A DNA stretch of 64,000 nucleotides from Candidatus Hydrogenedentota bacterium (GTDB lineage: Bacteria; Hydrogenedentota; Hydrogenedentia; Hydrogenedentales; Hydrogenedentaceae): positions 11,954-75,953 of the forward strand of contig JAOAHN010000122.1 in NCBI GenBank assembly GCA_026415215.1, given 5' to 3'. Positions 9,696 to 22,589 of the stretch are shown here, piece by piece (position 1 is the stretch's first letter; every line of letters starts with the position of its first letter). The notes under the pieces were generated by a model, which was given only the letters and a program-made list of their open reading frames with translations, had not been told where the DNA came from and made no database searches. Made by a program: the position numbers and the translations under genes.

Positions 9696-10676
9696 ATGGA
9701 GTATTCGAAGATTTTAGAAACTGTATGGGGCTTTAGAGAATCAAGGGTTCTTTTGACCGCAGTGGAGTTAGACCTTTTTACTCTCTTGTCAGATGAGAGA
9801 TTGTCTCTTCAAGAAATCTGTAAGAAGTTAGATTCAGATACCCGTGCTACTCAGTACCTGCTTGATGCACTTTCAGCAATGGGTTTCCTGATGAAAGAAA
9901 ATGATAGGTATATAGTTGCCCCAGAATTTTCTATGTATCTAAGTAAGGATAGCACTGAAAGTATCATACCCATCCTTGAACATTCCGCTAATCTATGGCA
10001 GAGGTGGAGTCAACTAACTGATATAGTAAAAGGAAGAATGATTACTATAAAACCTGTAGAAGAAATGAGTCCTGAACAACTAAGATCGTTTATTCTCGGG
10101 ATGCATGTCCTCGCTAAAAGAGTATCAAAACAGTTATTAAGTAAATTAGGTCCGGTTTCCTTTAAGAGAATGTTGGATGTAGGAGGGGCAACTGGAACTT
10201 ACACTGAGGCTTTTCTAAGTATTAATCCTGAGATGAGGGGCACCATTTTTGACTTACCGCCGGTAATTGAACTGGCTAAGGAAAGGCTCAAAGATTCGCC
10301 TTATTTTTCCCGTATAGACTTTGTGTCAGGGGATTATTATAAAGATGATTTACCAATGGGGTATGATTTCATTTGGCTCTCCGCTGTAATTCATCAAAAC
10401 AGTAGAGAGCAAAATGTGGAACTATATAGGAAGTGTCACAGCTCACTTGAAAAAGGTGGCATAGTGTGGATTAGAGACTATGTTATGTCTTCAGATAGAA
10501 CTTATCCAAAGGCAGGGGCTCTTTTTGCTATAAATATGTTAGTAGCAACTCAAGGTGGTGGTACATATACATTTGAAGAAATAGAGGAAGATTTACAGAA
10601 AGCAGGTTTTGAGAAAATCCATTACAAAATTAAGGGGGAACAAATGGATACGGTAATCGAAGCTATAAAAGAGTAA
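9696..10676 (+). CDS. Class I SAM-dependent O-methyltransferase (family 2, with dimerisation domain)
   Basis: SAM-binding motif 'MLDVGGATGTYTEAF' with a downstream 'IFDLPPV'. The N-terminal winged-helix dimerisation region is typical of plant/bacterial O-methyltransferases. Confidence 0.7.
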   Translation: MEYSKILETVWGFRESRVLLTAVELDLFTLLSDERLSLQEICKKLDSDTRATQYLLDALSAMGFLMKENDRYIVAPEFSMYLSKDSTESIIPILEHSANLWQRWSQLTDIVKGRMITIKPVEEMSPEQLRSFILGMHVLAKRVSKQLLSKLGPVSFKRMLDVGGATGTYTEAFLSINPEMRGTIFDLPPVIELAKERLKDSPYFSRIDFVSGDYYKDDLPMGYDFIWLSAVIHQNSREQNVELYRKCHSSLEKGGIVWIRDYVMSSDRTYPKAGALFAINMLVATQGGGTYTFEEIEEDLQKAGFEKIHYKIKGEQMDTVIEAIKE

Positions 10677-10914
10677 TTTCTCTTTTTCACTTTATTTTTT
10701 AGTTGCTCTTTTCTGATAGCGCTGCAGTAAGCATTATGTACAATACAGTGAAGTATAAGGAAAAGAAGAGACTTTCCGCAGTGGAATCTGCTCGAGAAGG
10801 TGATGTAAGTGAGCGTAAGTGTTTAGATTTCATAGTAGGATCCTCGTAGTTGTTAATGTTCTCTTATAAAGATTACAAGGTTATGGTTGATTAGTTACAA
10901 AATTTTGGGACTTT

Positions 10915-12279
10915 CTATGAATCTTTGAGAACATTTGAAGGGATTAGTAATGGGATACAGATTACGGAAAATATACCTACTATTCCGCCTATAAAAAATA
11001 AGATTTCTAATCCGCTCATCATTATTTTGAAACTATCGATTTGTACTGTGTAAGGTGAATGGTTTAATACATTTGCGAAATAACCCGCTGATATAGAAGA
11101 TATCCCTGCTACGAGCCCTGAAAAAGCATTATTCAGAGATAAGTAGGCAGTAGATTTCCCCTCGGGACTCTTCTGGAAGACTAAATTAGTTATACACAAA
11201 ACTATGCCCCCCACAAAGAATCCATATAGAACATTAGATATAATTGATAATGCTGTTATTAAGCTCTCGGAATTAATAGAAGGTAGAGGGATTAGACTTA
11301 GTACACTTAGAAAAAATAGAGGTGTGCATAGTGATAGTAAAGATTTAGCACCAAATGATAGAGAATATTTCTGCCATACGGGAAAAGATAATACTGTAGC
11401 CAATTGATTTATCACTGTTAAACAGATTACAAACAGAAGCGAGAAATTAGTTCTTTTCAAAAAGAAGACTGGTAGGAATGGGTTGATTAGGTTAAATATA
11501 AAGTTCCACAAAGCGATGAAAAGTAGCACTTTTATAAAAATAGTATCTTTAATGGGCTCTGAAAACAGTTTGAAGTTCCTCTTCGTAATTAAAAGTGTTT
11601 TCTGGAATGAGTTATAGGTATTTATTAGATTGAGTGCTATGGATGAACCTATACCAAAAGTTCCAGCTATTACGAATGTGTAAGAGTAAGCATGTCCTAT
11701 TATATTTGGATATTTTATCTTAATTCCCTCGAGTGCGAATCCTGCAAATAGGCTTACCACTGCACTCATAAGTGTAGATATAGTAAATCTACTAGTTATT
11801 ACATTATATAAGAGCATGGGAGAGAAAGCATCTCTAAACCAAGCACCGAAGGCACATCCACCGATGTTACCTATAAGTACGAAACCTAAGTATAGAATGA
11901 AGAAAGATTCAAATCTATAATTTTTCTGCAGGATTAAAGGTAAGAACCCAGCCAGAATTAATAGAATCCTGCTAATGGTGAGCATAATTACCGCTATATG
12001 CTTTCTATTCTCGGGATAATTTTCTACAAATATAGTGGAAGGGATTTGAATAATTACCCCAAAGCACAGAACCGCGTTTAAAACTCCTATTGCGATGTAT
12101 CCTCCACCAAGGTAGAGAGCATAAGCAGTCAAAAATGCGCCGGTGCACAAACTTGTCATGGTTTGGGCCAATCCAGCGTCTAATATGAAGAGAGTTTTGT
12201 TTTTGTTAATGAGATTATCGTGATTATTTTTTGTCTCTCTGCAGTTTTCTTTATTTATAGTGGAACTCAAAGAACTCAT
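10915..12279 (-). CDS. MFS-type transporter
   Basis: 454 aa with about 12 predicted TM helices and a hydrophilic N-terminus. General MFS architecture; substrate unknown. Confidence 0.55.
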   Translation of the reverse strand: MSSLSSTINKENCRETKNNHDNLINKNKTLFILDAGLAQTMTSLCTGAFLTAYALYLGGGYIAIGVLNAVLCFGVIIQIPSTIFVENYPENRKHIAVIMLTISRILLILAGFLPLILQKNYRFESFFILYLGFVLIGNIGGCAFGAWFRDAFSPMLLYNVITSRFTISTLMSAVVSLFAGFALEGIKIKYPNIIGHAYSYTFVIAGTFGIGSSIALNLINTYNSFQKTLLITKRNFKLFSEPIKDTIFIKVLLFIALWNFIFNLINPFLPVFFLKRTNFSLLFVICLTVINQLATVLSFPVWQKYSLSFGAKSLLSLCTPLFFLSVLSLIPLPSINSESLITALSIISNVLYGFFVGGIVLCITNLVFQKSPEGKSTAYLSLNNAFSGLVAGISSISAGYFANVLNHSPYTVQIDSFKIMMSGLEILFFIGGIVGIFSVICIPLLIPSNVLKDS

Positions 12280-12422
12280 AAATTTTGGTATAGTTCAGAA
12301 AAACTTTACATTTTTTATAAAACATCCCCCTCTTTTACGAGAGTTTTAGAAGGGTTCTTACAAGACATTGAATAGAATTGATAAAATTATACCATTATCA
12401 ATATAAAAAGTTTCATCAATCT

Positions 12423-13511
12423 ATGTATCTTAAAAATTTGTTCATGAAATTTTTTAGGTGTTTCTCCGAATTAAATATGGAGTTTTCTTCGGGGACGAAC
12501 CTCATATTGGGAAGTAATGCACAAGGAAAGACATCTCTTTTAGAGGCGATATACTTTTTAGCCTTGGCAAGGAGTCCAAGAACTAATGTCGAAAAAGAAA
12601 TGGTTCAGTATGGGTGTGGGGGATTTCTACTAAAGGGTTGGGTTGAATATAGTAGATCAGATAGCTTCCCGACAAGGACGAAAACAATTGAGATAAGATG
12701 GGGGAAAGGTAAGAAAAAGATAATTATAGATGGAATAGAAGCAGAAAGAGTTAGTGAGTTGTTGGGAAATCTGCGAGTTGTGTTTTTGTCAAATGACCAT
12801 TTTAACTTAGTGACTGGAGGAGGTAGTGTAAAAAGGAGATTCTTGGATATACAGATTTCTCAGTGGGATAGGGAATATCTTCATGCACTGCAAGAGTATA
12901 ATGTAGCATTGCGTCAGAGAAACGAATTATTGAGAAGAAGCTATGTGACCGATGAGGAGTTGTATCCTTGGGAGGTGGCTATGGATAAGTTTTCAAAGAT
13001 TATTGTGGAAGCAAGAAGGAAATTCCTCTCAAAGATAGCTCCATTTGCAGTTATGTTACATAATGCAATAACCAGAGATGAAAATTTAGAAATTAGATAT
13101 GTGCCGAGTATAGAAGGTGATAGTTTATTGAAAGTTTTACAGGTGAATAGAAAGTCTGACGCGGAGTATGGTGCTACGCAAAGAGGACCCCACAGGGATG
13201 ACATAGAAATTAAGATTAATAGGTATCCAGTGAGGCAGTACGCTTCGAGAGGACAAATAAGAACATGCTCCTTTGCGTTAATAATTGCTCAGGTTTATGC
13301 TATGTTGGAAGAACATAATGAACCACCTGTTCTACTCGCAGATGAATTGTTATCTGAGTTGGACTCCGAACGGAGCAAAAAAATGGTTGAAAGCATTCCA
13401 AAAGGTATTCAGAGTTTTATAACCTCTGCTGATACATCATTGAATGAGACTTTGGGTTTAAATGCAAGTTTATATTTTATAAGGAAAGGTAAAATTGAAA
13501 AAGCAGGATAG
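12423..13511 (+). CDS. recF: DNA replication and repair protein RecF
   Basis: Start re-set to ATG 12423 ('MYLKNLFMKFFRCF...'). Walker A 'GSNAQGKTSLLEAIYFLA'. ABC/SMC-like signature and a Walker B/D-loop near the C-terminus ('LLADELLSELD'). Confidence 0.85.
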   Translation: MYLKNLFMKFFRCFSELNMEFSSGTNLILGSNAQGKTSLLEAIYFLALARSPRTNVEKEMVQYGCGGFLLKGWVEYSRSDSFPTRTKTIEIRWGKGKKKIIIDGIEAERVSELLGNLRVVFLSNDHFNLVTGGGSVKRRFLDIQISQWDREYLHALQEYNVALRQRNELLRRSYVTDEELYPWEVAMDKFSKIIVEARRKFLSKIAPFAVMLHNAITRDENLEIRYVPSIEGDSLLKVLQVNRKSDAEYGATQRGPHRDDIEIKINRYPVRQYASRGQIRTCSFALIIAQVYAMLEEHNEPPVLLADELLSELDSERSKKMVESIPKGIQSFITSADTSLNETLGLNASLYFIRKGKIEKAG

Positions 13512-13812
13512 AAGGAAAAAACAAATTGAAAATATTTCTGAAATTATGGAAGATCTCCCAAAATCTGATGTTTTAAAGGTAGGATTTGAACTTCTACCAA
13601 TACTTGAGCACTGGAAAGAAATAATGGGTGAAGAGTATTATTTGGACACTTCGTTCTCGGGATATAGGAAAGGAATTTTGTATGTAAAAGTTCATAATAA
13701 CACAACTCTTGATAGATTAATATATGAGAAAGATAGGATAATGAATAAGATAAGAGAAGTAATAAAGACAGAGCTGATTAAAGATGTATTCTTTGAGTTA
13801 GGAGATGAATAA
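13495..13812 (+). CDS. DUF721 domain protein (the usual recF-adjacent small protein)
   Basis: 105 aa. Overlaps the recF stop, which is the conserved position of DUF721/YaaA-like proteins after recF. Assigned by context plus size and weak motif memory. Confidence 0.5.
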   Translation: MKKQDRRKKQIENISEIMEDLPKSDVLKVGFELLPILEHWKEIMGEEYYLDTSFSGYRKGILYVKVHNNTTLDRLIYEKDRIMNKIREVIKTELIKDVFFELGDE

Positions 13813-13931
13813 AGTTAGATGGGTATACATACAAGATTATGGGAGGATAGAAATTTTGATTAAAAGTGAAGGGTTTTACACTTTAACGGATTAATTTTAG
13901 TGACAAAATTATAACTTCTAAAAAGGGTTTA

Positions 13932-16439
13932 TTAATCATTTGACTCTATGTCTTCAGAAAGATCGATTAATTCTGAATCCTTCTCACTTTCTATGCTCTC
14001 TGTCTCTGCTTCTTCTTTCTTAATTGCTTTATCGGCAGATGCAACCTTCGCTCCTTCTCTTAATTGCATAAGTAAGACCCCTTTTGTATTTCTGCCCACA
14101 GTTCGTATTGATTTAACAGGTACTCTTATCATCTTCCCATCTGTAGCAACGAGGACTATATCCTCATCATCACTCACGGTGAGCATAGCAACTACATTAC
14201 CGTTTCTTTCCGCAGTTTGGATATTAATAATACCCTTACCCCCTCTATGTTGTATCCTGTATTCTTTTACTTCAGTTCTTTTACCGTAGCCATTTTCAGT
14301 GACAGTAAGAACGGTTAGATTGTCCTTTGCAATTGAAACTCCTACCACATAGTCATCTGAATCTAATCTAATTCCAACTACTCCCTGGGCGGTTCTTCCC
14401 ATAGGTCTAACATCTTTTTCAGGGAATCTTATAGCAAGTCCTTTGTAAGTAGCTAACAGAACATTATCATTTCCAGAAGTTACGAGGACATCCATTAACT
14501 CGTCCCCCTCTTCTAATGATATGGCTAAAATTCCAGTTGAGCGTGGTCTACTGAATGCACTCAAGGGGGTCTTTTTTACATAACCCTTTTTAGTGACCAT
14601 AAAGAGGTATTTATTAGGATCGTTCAAGTTCTTTATTGATAAGAAAGCGGTAACTTTTTCTGAATCCTCTAACTCTAATAGATTTTTAATATTTCTACCT
14701 CTTGCCATTCTTCCTGCTTCCGGTATTGCGTGGACTTTTCGCCAGTAGACTCTACCTTTATTTGTGAAAAATAGTAAGTATTCGTGAGCGGTAGCTGTGA
14801 ATACATGTTTAACGAAATCATCCTCAGTGGTATCCATTCCTATTACACCTTGTCCTCGTCTTCTTTGCTTGCGAGAAGAAGACTGGGGCATTCTTTTAAT
14901 ATATCCTTGATTAGACACAGTAATAATTACTGCTTCATCGGCGATGAGATCTTCAATATCAAAATCTTCTATAGTATCAAGGATTTCAGTTCTTCTTTCG
15001 TCACCGTATTTTTCTTTTATGCTCACTATCTCTTTTCTTACTTCTGCAAGAATAGTTTCTTTGCTCGATAATATATGCTTAAGTCTCTTTATTTCCTCAA
15101 GGAGTTTGTTATATTCTTCCAAAAGTTCCTTCCGCTCTAATCCGGTAAGTCTCCTTAATGGCATTGCAAGTATGGCTTTTGCCTGTTCATCTGTAATTTT
15201 TAACTTTTTACAAAGTTTTTGTTGAGCTTCTTCTGCATTTGTTGACTTGCGAATAAGGTCTATTACCTCATCAATTTGGTCTATGGCCTTTAGTAGTCCC
15301 TCAAGTATATGTGCTCTATGTTCTGCTTGTCTAAGGTCATAGCGTGTTCTCTTTTCTACTACTTCAGCTCGGTATTGAACATAGTGTTGGATCATATCCT
15401 TGAGGTTAAGGACGCGGGGAATGTTATTCACGAGAGCGAGAAAGTGGATTCTTGAAGTAGTCTGAAGTTGAGTATGTTGGTATAGTTGGTTTAATACTAT
15501 TTGAGGATTTGCGTCATTTCTTAGTTCAATGATTAATCGCATTCCTTCTTTGTCAGATTCATCTCTCAGATCTGTGATACCTTGTACTTTTCCATGCTCA
15601 ACTGCTTTTGCTATTGATTCAATTACACTTTGCTTTGTTATTTGATAAGGAATTTCTTGTACTACAAGACTTTTCTTTCTTCCTTTTTCTTGAGATATTA
15701 TCTTTACTTTGGCTCTTAACTTTATTTGTCCTGTCCCTGTGAGATAAGCCTTTCTAATACCTTCTTTCCCGCAAATAATCGCACCTGTTGGAAAGTCTGG
15801 TCCGGGAACAATGTTAAGATAGTCTTCTACTGGAGCATTAGGGTTATCAATGTAATACACGATTGCATCACATATTTCTGTGAGATTGTGAGGGGGGCAG
15901 TCTGTTGCCATTCCCACTGCGATGCCGTAAGAACCATTTACAAGTAAGTTCGGAAAACCTGATGGAAGAACTACAGGTTCCTCAAGCCGAGCGTCAAAGT
16001 TAGGACGCATCTCTACGGTTTCTTTTTCTATGTCCGCAAGCATCTCAAGAGCGATTGGTGTAAGTTTCGCTTCGGTATATCTGTATGCTGCGGGACTGTC
16101 GCCATCAATTGAACCAAAGTTACCTTGTCCCTCTACCAATGGATATCTCATGTTCCAGTCTTGGGCGAGACGGACAAGCGCATCGTATACTGCTTGGTCA
16201 CCATGAGGGTGATACTTACCTAAGCACTCCCCGACAATAGTGGCACATTTCCTGAAAGGTTTATTAGGAGTAAGTCCTAACTGTTGCATCACATATAATA
16301 TTCTTCTCTGGACAGGTTTAAGTCCATCTCGGATATCTGGTAAGGCTCTACTAACTATTACGCTCATAGAGTAGTCAAGAAATGCAGATTGCATTTCTTG
16401 TTCGATGGGAATTGGCTTAAGATTTCCATTTACTGACAT
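13932..16439 (-). CDS. gyrA: DNA gyrase subunit A
   Basis: '[27 protein letters not shown]', 'AAMRYTEAKL'-type motifs and a C-terminal beta-pinwheel. Length 835 aa. Confidence 0.95.
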   Translation of the reverse strand: MSVNGNLKPIPIEQEMQSAFLDYSMSVIVSRALPDIRDGLKPVQRRILYVMQQLGLTPNKPFRKCATIVGECLGKYHPHGDQAVYDALVRLAQDWNMRYPLVEGQGNFGSIDGDSPAAYRYTEAKLTPIALEMLADIEKETVEMRPNFDARLEEPVVLPSGFPNLLVNGSYGIAVGMATDCPPHNLTEICDAIVYYIDNPNAPVEDYLNIVPGPDFPTGAIICGKEGIRKAYLTGTGQIKLRAKVKIISQEKGRKKSLVVQEIPYQITKQSVIESIAKAVEHGKVQGITDLRDESDKEGMRLIIELRNDANPQIVLNQLYQHTQLQTTSRIHFLALVNNIPRVLNLKDMIQHYVQYRAEVVEKRTRYDLRQAEHRAHILEGLLKAIDQIDEVIDLIRKSTNAEEAQQKLCKKLKITDEQAKAILAMPLRRLTGLERKELLEEYNKLLEEIKRLKHILSSKETILAEVRKEIVSIKEKYGDERRTEILDTIEDFDIEDLIADEAVIITVSNQGYIKRMPQSSSRKQRRRGQGVIGMDTTEDDFVKHVFTATAHEYLLFFTNKGRVYWRKVHAIPEAGRMARGRNIKNLLELEDSEKVTAFLSIKNLNDPNKYLFMVTKKGYVKKTPLSAFSRPRSTGILAISLEEGDELMDVLVTSGNDNVLLATYKGLAIRFPEKDVRPMGRTAQGVVGIRLDSDDYVVGVSIAKDNLTVLTVTENGYGKRTEVKEYRIQHRGGKGIINIQTAERNGNVVAMLTVSDDEDIVLVATDGKMIRVPVKSIRTVGRNTKGVLLMQLREGAKVASADKAIKKEEAETESIESEKDSELIDLSEDIESND

Positions 16440-16470
16440 TAATTTTCTCCTGGCGTTTTAGGAAAGTTGT

Positions 16471-18909
<2,439 letters not shown>

Positions 18910-19093
18910 TTACTTATCCTTCTATACTTGTGAAGTTTATTTCGGCAGGAGCAGATTAGTAATATTATATCAAAAAACTATCAATTTACACAATAGTGAG
19001 GAAGGTTAAAAAATAAATTTGAAGCAAGAGAAAATACTATAAGTCACTTGCTTATAGCAAGTTAGGCTTAAACTTATATTAAAAGAATTAAAA

Positions 19094-19170
19094 ATGGTGG
19101 GCGATACAGGACTCGAACCTGTGACCCCTTGCATGTCAAGCAAGTACTCTAACCACCTGAGCTAATCGCC
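19094..19170 (-). tRNA. tRNA-Val (anticodon GAC), CCA encoded
   Basis: The reverse complement folds as a cloverleaf. Acceptor GGGCGAT/ATCGCCC, D-arm GCTC..GAGT, anticodon stem CTTGC/GCAAG with loop TTGACAT, T-arm ACAGG-TTCGAGT-CCTGT, discriminator A, 3' CCA. Confidence 0.85.
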
Positions 19171-19208
19171 CACCTTCAAATTAATTATAGCAGTTATTTT
19201 TTATAATG

Positions 19209-20600
19209 TCAATTAGAAGCGGCTTTACTTTGTGCTACTGGGATAGCCTTTACATTTTCGAGGTCAACATCAAAAGGAAATTTGTTGGCGGGAAGAACTT
19301 TCATCTCTGTGCAGAGGCTAAATGGATTCCCAAAAGAACCTGGAAATCTAACTTCTACAAAATATGCAGACCAACCGTCCTTGGGGGTTTTCAATTTGGC
19401 TTTTGCTTTGTTTTTGCCTTTAAGTTGGGTGCTTTCCCATTTAGAGTTTCTAAAATCTCTATTGGTCGAGTCTGCTCTCCATAAATATGCAACTCCTGAT
19501 GGATTATCCCACTTTACTGTGATCGTATTATTTTTTGAGAGTTGCCAAGTTATCTTAGGTAAAGATTTATTTTCTTTGATTGAAAAGAAAAATTCCGCAA
19601 GAGTGGCTATGCCTATAGGAGTAATATCGTGCCCTGTATTGGGTTGGTAGCACAAGTATTTGTCTCCCTGGAAGTCTTTAAAATAGAAATTGGAAGCATC
19701 TACTGTCCAATAAGGGTCATTTGTGCCAAGAATCACTAACTTAGGCAGAGTTAGAGTTTCTTTGTAACTGAATGGGTCTACAATACTGAGTAATTGAGAA
19801 CCCTTAGGGGTGTTCATCCTCTTCTGTATTCCAAGTCTTGTATAGTCTTCTATTTCACTACTAAAAGTGCCATAACACCGTAGTTGATGTATCATTTGTT
19901 GTTTCATATTAAGCACATCAATAACTACAGGTGCAATTGCTACAACTCTGGGATCTCTTGTAGCAGCAGTGAGCCATGTGGTCCAGCCTCTCTTGGAACC
20001 GCCAGTTAGTAAGAATCTTTTTATTTCCTGATTTTCTGTTTCTTTTTGTACTTTTTGTATAGTGTCCATTGCACGAACTGCACTCTTCACCATAGGTAAA
20101 AGTAAGGGCCATTCTTCACCCTCTCCATTTAAGTACTTGTCATAAGTGTAAGCAATTATTTGGTCCTCATTTTTGCCATTGAATAATGGTTGGTTAGGGA
20201 CCTGGAACAAAACTGCTATTACAGACTTTGTCCTTTTCCCAACAATTGAGGCTACTTTAACTTCAACAGAATTTAAATTGGGTTCCTTTTGATTATTAGA
20301 ACCTCCATTGATGACCAGAAGCGCTATATCTGAATTTGTAGCCCCTTCGGGACTTAGTATTACTAACCAGTGTCTCCATGTGATATCTTGCCAAGTTTGA
20401 GATGTCATATTAATTATTTTTGCTTTACAGCCCTCGATATCAACTTCTTTGTAGAGTTCGTATGAGTATGAAGGATCGAACTTTTGCACATAAGAAGCTA
20501 AGTCTGCATGGGCTGTGCAAAATATGATAAATATGGCTGGTAGAGATAAAAGAATGGTGCCAGAGGTTATTTTTTTATACTTCATCCTAATCTTGCTCAT
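19209..20600 (-). CDS. Secreted alpha/beta-hydrolase-like protein (possibly PhoPQ-activated pathogenicity-related family)
   Basis: Signal peptide/TM at the N-terminus. Central 'LLTGGSKRGWTTWLTAA' nucleophile-elbow-like segment. The family assignment comes from general resemblance only. Confidence 0.35.
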   Translation of the reverse strand: MSKIRMKYKKITSGTILLSLPAIFIIFCTAHADLASYVQKFDPSYSYELYKEVDIEGCKAKIINMTSQTWQDITWRHWLVILSPEGATNSDIALLVINGGSNNQKEPNLNSVEVKVASIVGKRTKSVIAVLFQVPNQPLFNGKNEDQIIAYTYDKYLNGEGEEWPLLLPMVKSAVRAMDTIQKVQKETENQEIKRFLLTGGSKRGWTTWLTAATRDPRVVAIAPVVIDVLNMKQQMIHQLRCYGTFSSEIEDYTRLGIQKRMNTPKGSQLLSIVDPFSYKETLTLPKLVILGTNDPYWTVDASNFYFKDFQGDKYLCYQPNTGHDITPIGIATLAEFFFSIKENKSLPKITWQLSKNNTITVKWDNPSGVAYLWRADSTNRDFRNSKWESTQLKGKNKAKAKLKTPKDGWSAYFVEVRFPGSFGNPFSLCTEMKVLPANKFPFDVDLENVKAIPVAQSKAASN

Positions 20601-20680
20601 ATAAAATTCCTCCTATGTTAACTTAGACTCTCTCGCTTTGTTTATATTGAGACTTGAGTTGAAATATGAAGGTTTCTCTT

Positions 20681-21811
20681 CTAACCTAAATCTTGTGCTG
20701 TATTTAGGGGAATGTTTTCTACTTGGAATCTTCCTGGAGTGATTCCACATTGCTCTAAACTTTTTCTGATTCTTAAGTAAGATTCATATCTTGAACATGA
20801 AATCTTTCCTTCCTTCACCGCATTACGCACAGCACACTCTGGTTCGTGAGTATGAGAACAATCATTGAACTTACACATAGTAGAAAATTCTCGGAACTCG
20901 GAAAAGTAAAAATCAAGTTCCTCAGGATCAATTTTCCATAAGCCAAGTGCCCTAATTCCAGGAGTATCTATGATTTTCCCTCCATTTGGGAGGAAGTATA
21001 GTTTTGAAATATTAGTAGCGTGTCTGCCTTTTTCGGTTTTTTTACTAATCTCCTTAGTAACAGCATCTATATCTGGTAGAATACATTTAATTAGTGAGGT
21101 TTTACCTACTCCACTGTGTCCTGCAAGAACACCTGTTTTTCCCCGTAAGGTCTCTACTACTTCATCAATACCCGCTTTAGTTACGCAACTCGTGAAAATT
21201 AATTTAATGCCCAACTCTCTATATACATTTATCTCTTGGGGAATCTCATCTGCAAGGTCAATCTTGTTAAGAACTATCACGGGTTCTACATTCCCATTTT
21301 GGGCTACTATCAAAAATCTATCGATGAGCCTATGTCGGAAAGGTGGCTGTTTTACAGAGGCAACTATAAATAAAATGTCTACATTAGCTGCAATTACTTG
21401 TTCGGGAGGTCCATCTTTGTCAACACTTAATCTACTAAGTTTAGACTTTCTTGGAAATATCCATCTTATGATAGGTTCTTTTTGATTGATATAATCTACA
21501 TATACTCTATCTCCAGGGGCTATTAGGGATTCATCTTTTTCTCTTAGTTTTTCAGAAATCCCGCAAAGAATCTCTTCCTTTGTTTCACTATTGTCTATCC
21601 ATACAAATGCCCATTTTTTAGAGTGTGACACTACCGTTGCGTTAGGTTGGATATCTTGAGGGATTTGTGCATCTATATCTTCATCTGGTAATGTTACCAT
21701 TGCTTTGGTATGACGAGTAGAATCTTTAGAAAAATAGTCCTCATCCTCTCCCGACCAGTCTTTCTTCCTTACTTCGAGTCGCTTTTTTTTATCGAGTTTT
21801 TTCTTTTTCAT
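20681..21811 (-). CDS. rsgA: Ribosome small-subunit-dependent GTPase A
   Basis: Circularly permuted GTPase: G4 'VLNKIDL' lies before G1 'GHSGVGKTSLI'. C-terminal zinc finger 'CKFNDCSHTHEPECAV'. Lys-rich N-terminal extension. Confidence 0.85.
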   Translation of the reverse strand: MKKKKLDKKKRLEVRKKDWSGEDEDYFSKDSTRHTKAMVTLPDEDIDAQIPQDIQPNATVVSHSKKWAFVWIDNSETKEEILCGISEKLREKDESLIAPGDRVYVDYINQKEPIIRWIFPRKSKLSRLSVDKDGPPEQVIAANVDILFIVASVKQPPFRHRLIDRFLIVAQNGNVEPVIVLNKIDLADEIPQEINVYRELGIKLIFTSCVTKAGIDEVVETLRGKTGVLAGHSGVGKTSLIKCILPDIDAVTKEISKKTEKGRHATNISKLYFLPNGGKIIDTPGIRALGLWKIDPEELDFYFSEFREFSTMCKFNDCSHTHEPECAVRNAVKEGKISCSRYESYLRIRKSLEQCGITPGRFQVENIPLNTAQDLG

Positions 21812-22020
21812 AATATTACTTTTTTTATTTTTCTACAAGTTTATCAGATTCTATATATAATGAGGCAATAAGAAAATGGTTACTCAAGAGACCGATGGGG
21901 TTAAAAGATATTTTAGTTTTGGTTAGGTAATTATGGGAATATAGTTAGTTGTTTTGTGTAAGTGTCTTTGTCTGTTAATGGAGAAGAAGTTCTAATTTCA
22001 AAAAATACAGCGATTTGCAG

Positions 22021-22479
22021 TTATTTGAGACTCTTCCTAAGACATTTCATTTTGCAGTTTACCCTATCATAAATACTTTTATCTGGAATAGGTTTTTCTA
22101 AAATTTTTGCTATACTCCATTCTTTCAACTTCTTTATTAATGATGTTCTGATATCAAGCATAGCTTTGTGATAATTACATACCTTGTCTATGTCTAAAGT
22201 TTCTGTGCAGTAATCACCTAAGATTTTACCTTCGCACGCTTCCACTATATCAAGTAGTGTTATGAATTCTGGTGGAGAAGCAAGGATAAATCCTCCTGAA
22301 GGGCCTCGGTGAGCTAATAATATGCCAGATTTGACTAAGGTAGTAAGTATCTTTGATAAGTAAGAAGTAGATATATTTATGTTCTGTGATATTTCCTCGT
22401 GAGTAATAGGTTTTCCTTTTTGATTCTTGGCTATTAGGGCTACGCATTGTATAGCAACAATGGTAGTATTACTGAACAT
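22021..22479 (-). CDS. Rrf2-family transcriptional regulator (NsrR/IscR-like)
   Basis: Start re-set to ATG 22479 ('MFSNTTIVAIQCVALIAKN'), with an AAGGAG Shine-Dalgarno 8 nt upstream. Helix-turn-helix 'STSYLSKILTTLVKSGILLAHRGPSGGFIL'. Three Cys in the C-terminal half could hold a cluster. It lies immediately downstream of hcp. Confidence 0.75.
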   Translation of the reverse strand: MFSNTTIVAIQCVALIAKNQKGKPITHEEISQNINISTSYLSKILTTLVKSGILLAHRGPSGGFILASPPEFITLLDIVEACEGKILGDYCTETLDIDKVCNYHKAMLDIRTSLIKKLKEWSIAKILEKPIPDKSIYDRVNCKMKCLRKSLK

Positions 22480-22504
22480 TAAACACTCCTTTGGTTGGTT
22501 GTTT

Positions 22505-22536
22505 GGGAGCTGGCTCATTCATTAGAGTCAGCTCCC
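22505..22536 (-). promoter_or_regulatory. GC-rich hairpin/palindrome between hcp and the rrf2 gene
   Basis: GGGAGCTG-N16-CAGCTCCC perfect 8-bp inverted repeat, about 26 nt upstream of the rrf2 start. No U-tract follows, so it is not a canonical terminator. It could be an operator or attenuator. Confidence 0.35.
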
Positions 22537-22589
22537 TCTTGCTATAAATAAAATAATAGACTTTCTTATTCTTGTAATGCTACTCTGGT

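Noticed and set aside
10738-10851. 37-aa hydrophilic ORF (MYNTVKYKEKKRLSAVESAREGDVSERKCLDFIVGSS) in the convergent gap between the O-methyltransferase and MFS genes
   Set aside because: It has no Shine-Dalgarno, sits between two convergent stops where terminators are expected, and has no paralogue or structure to support it. I kept it only as a note.
20681-21811. Lys/Glu-rich ~60-aa N-terminal extension of RsgA as a possible fused domain
   Set aside because: Basic N-terminal extensions are normal for RsgA/YjeQ, including E. coli RsgA, and act in rRNA binding. It is not a novel fusion.
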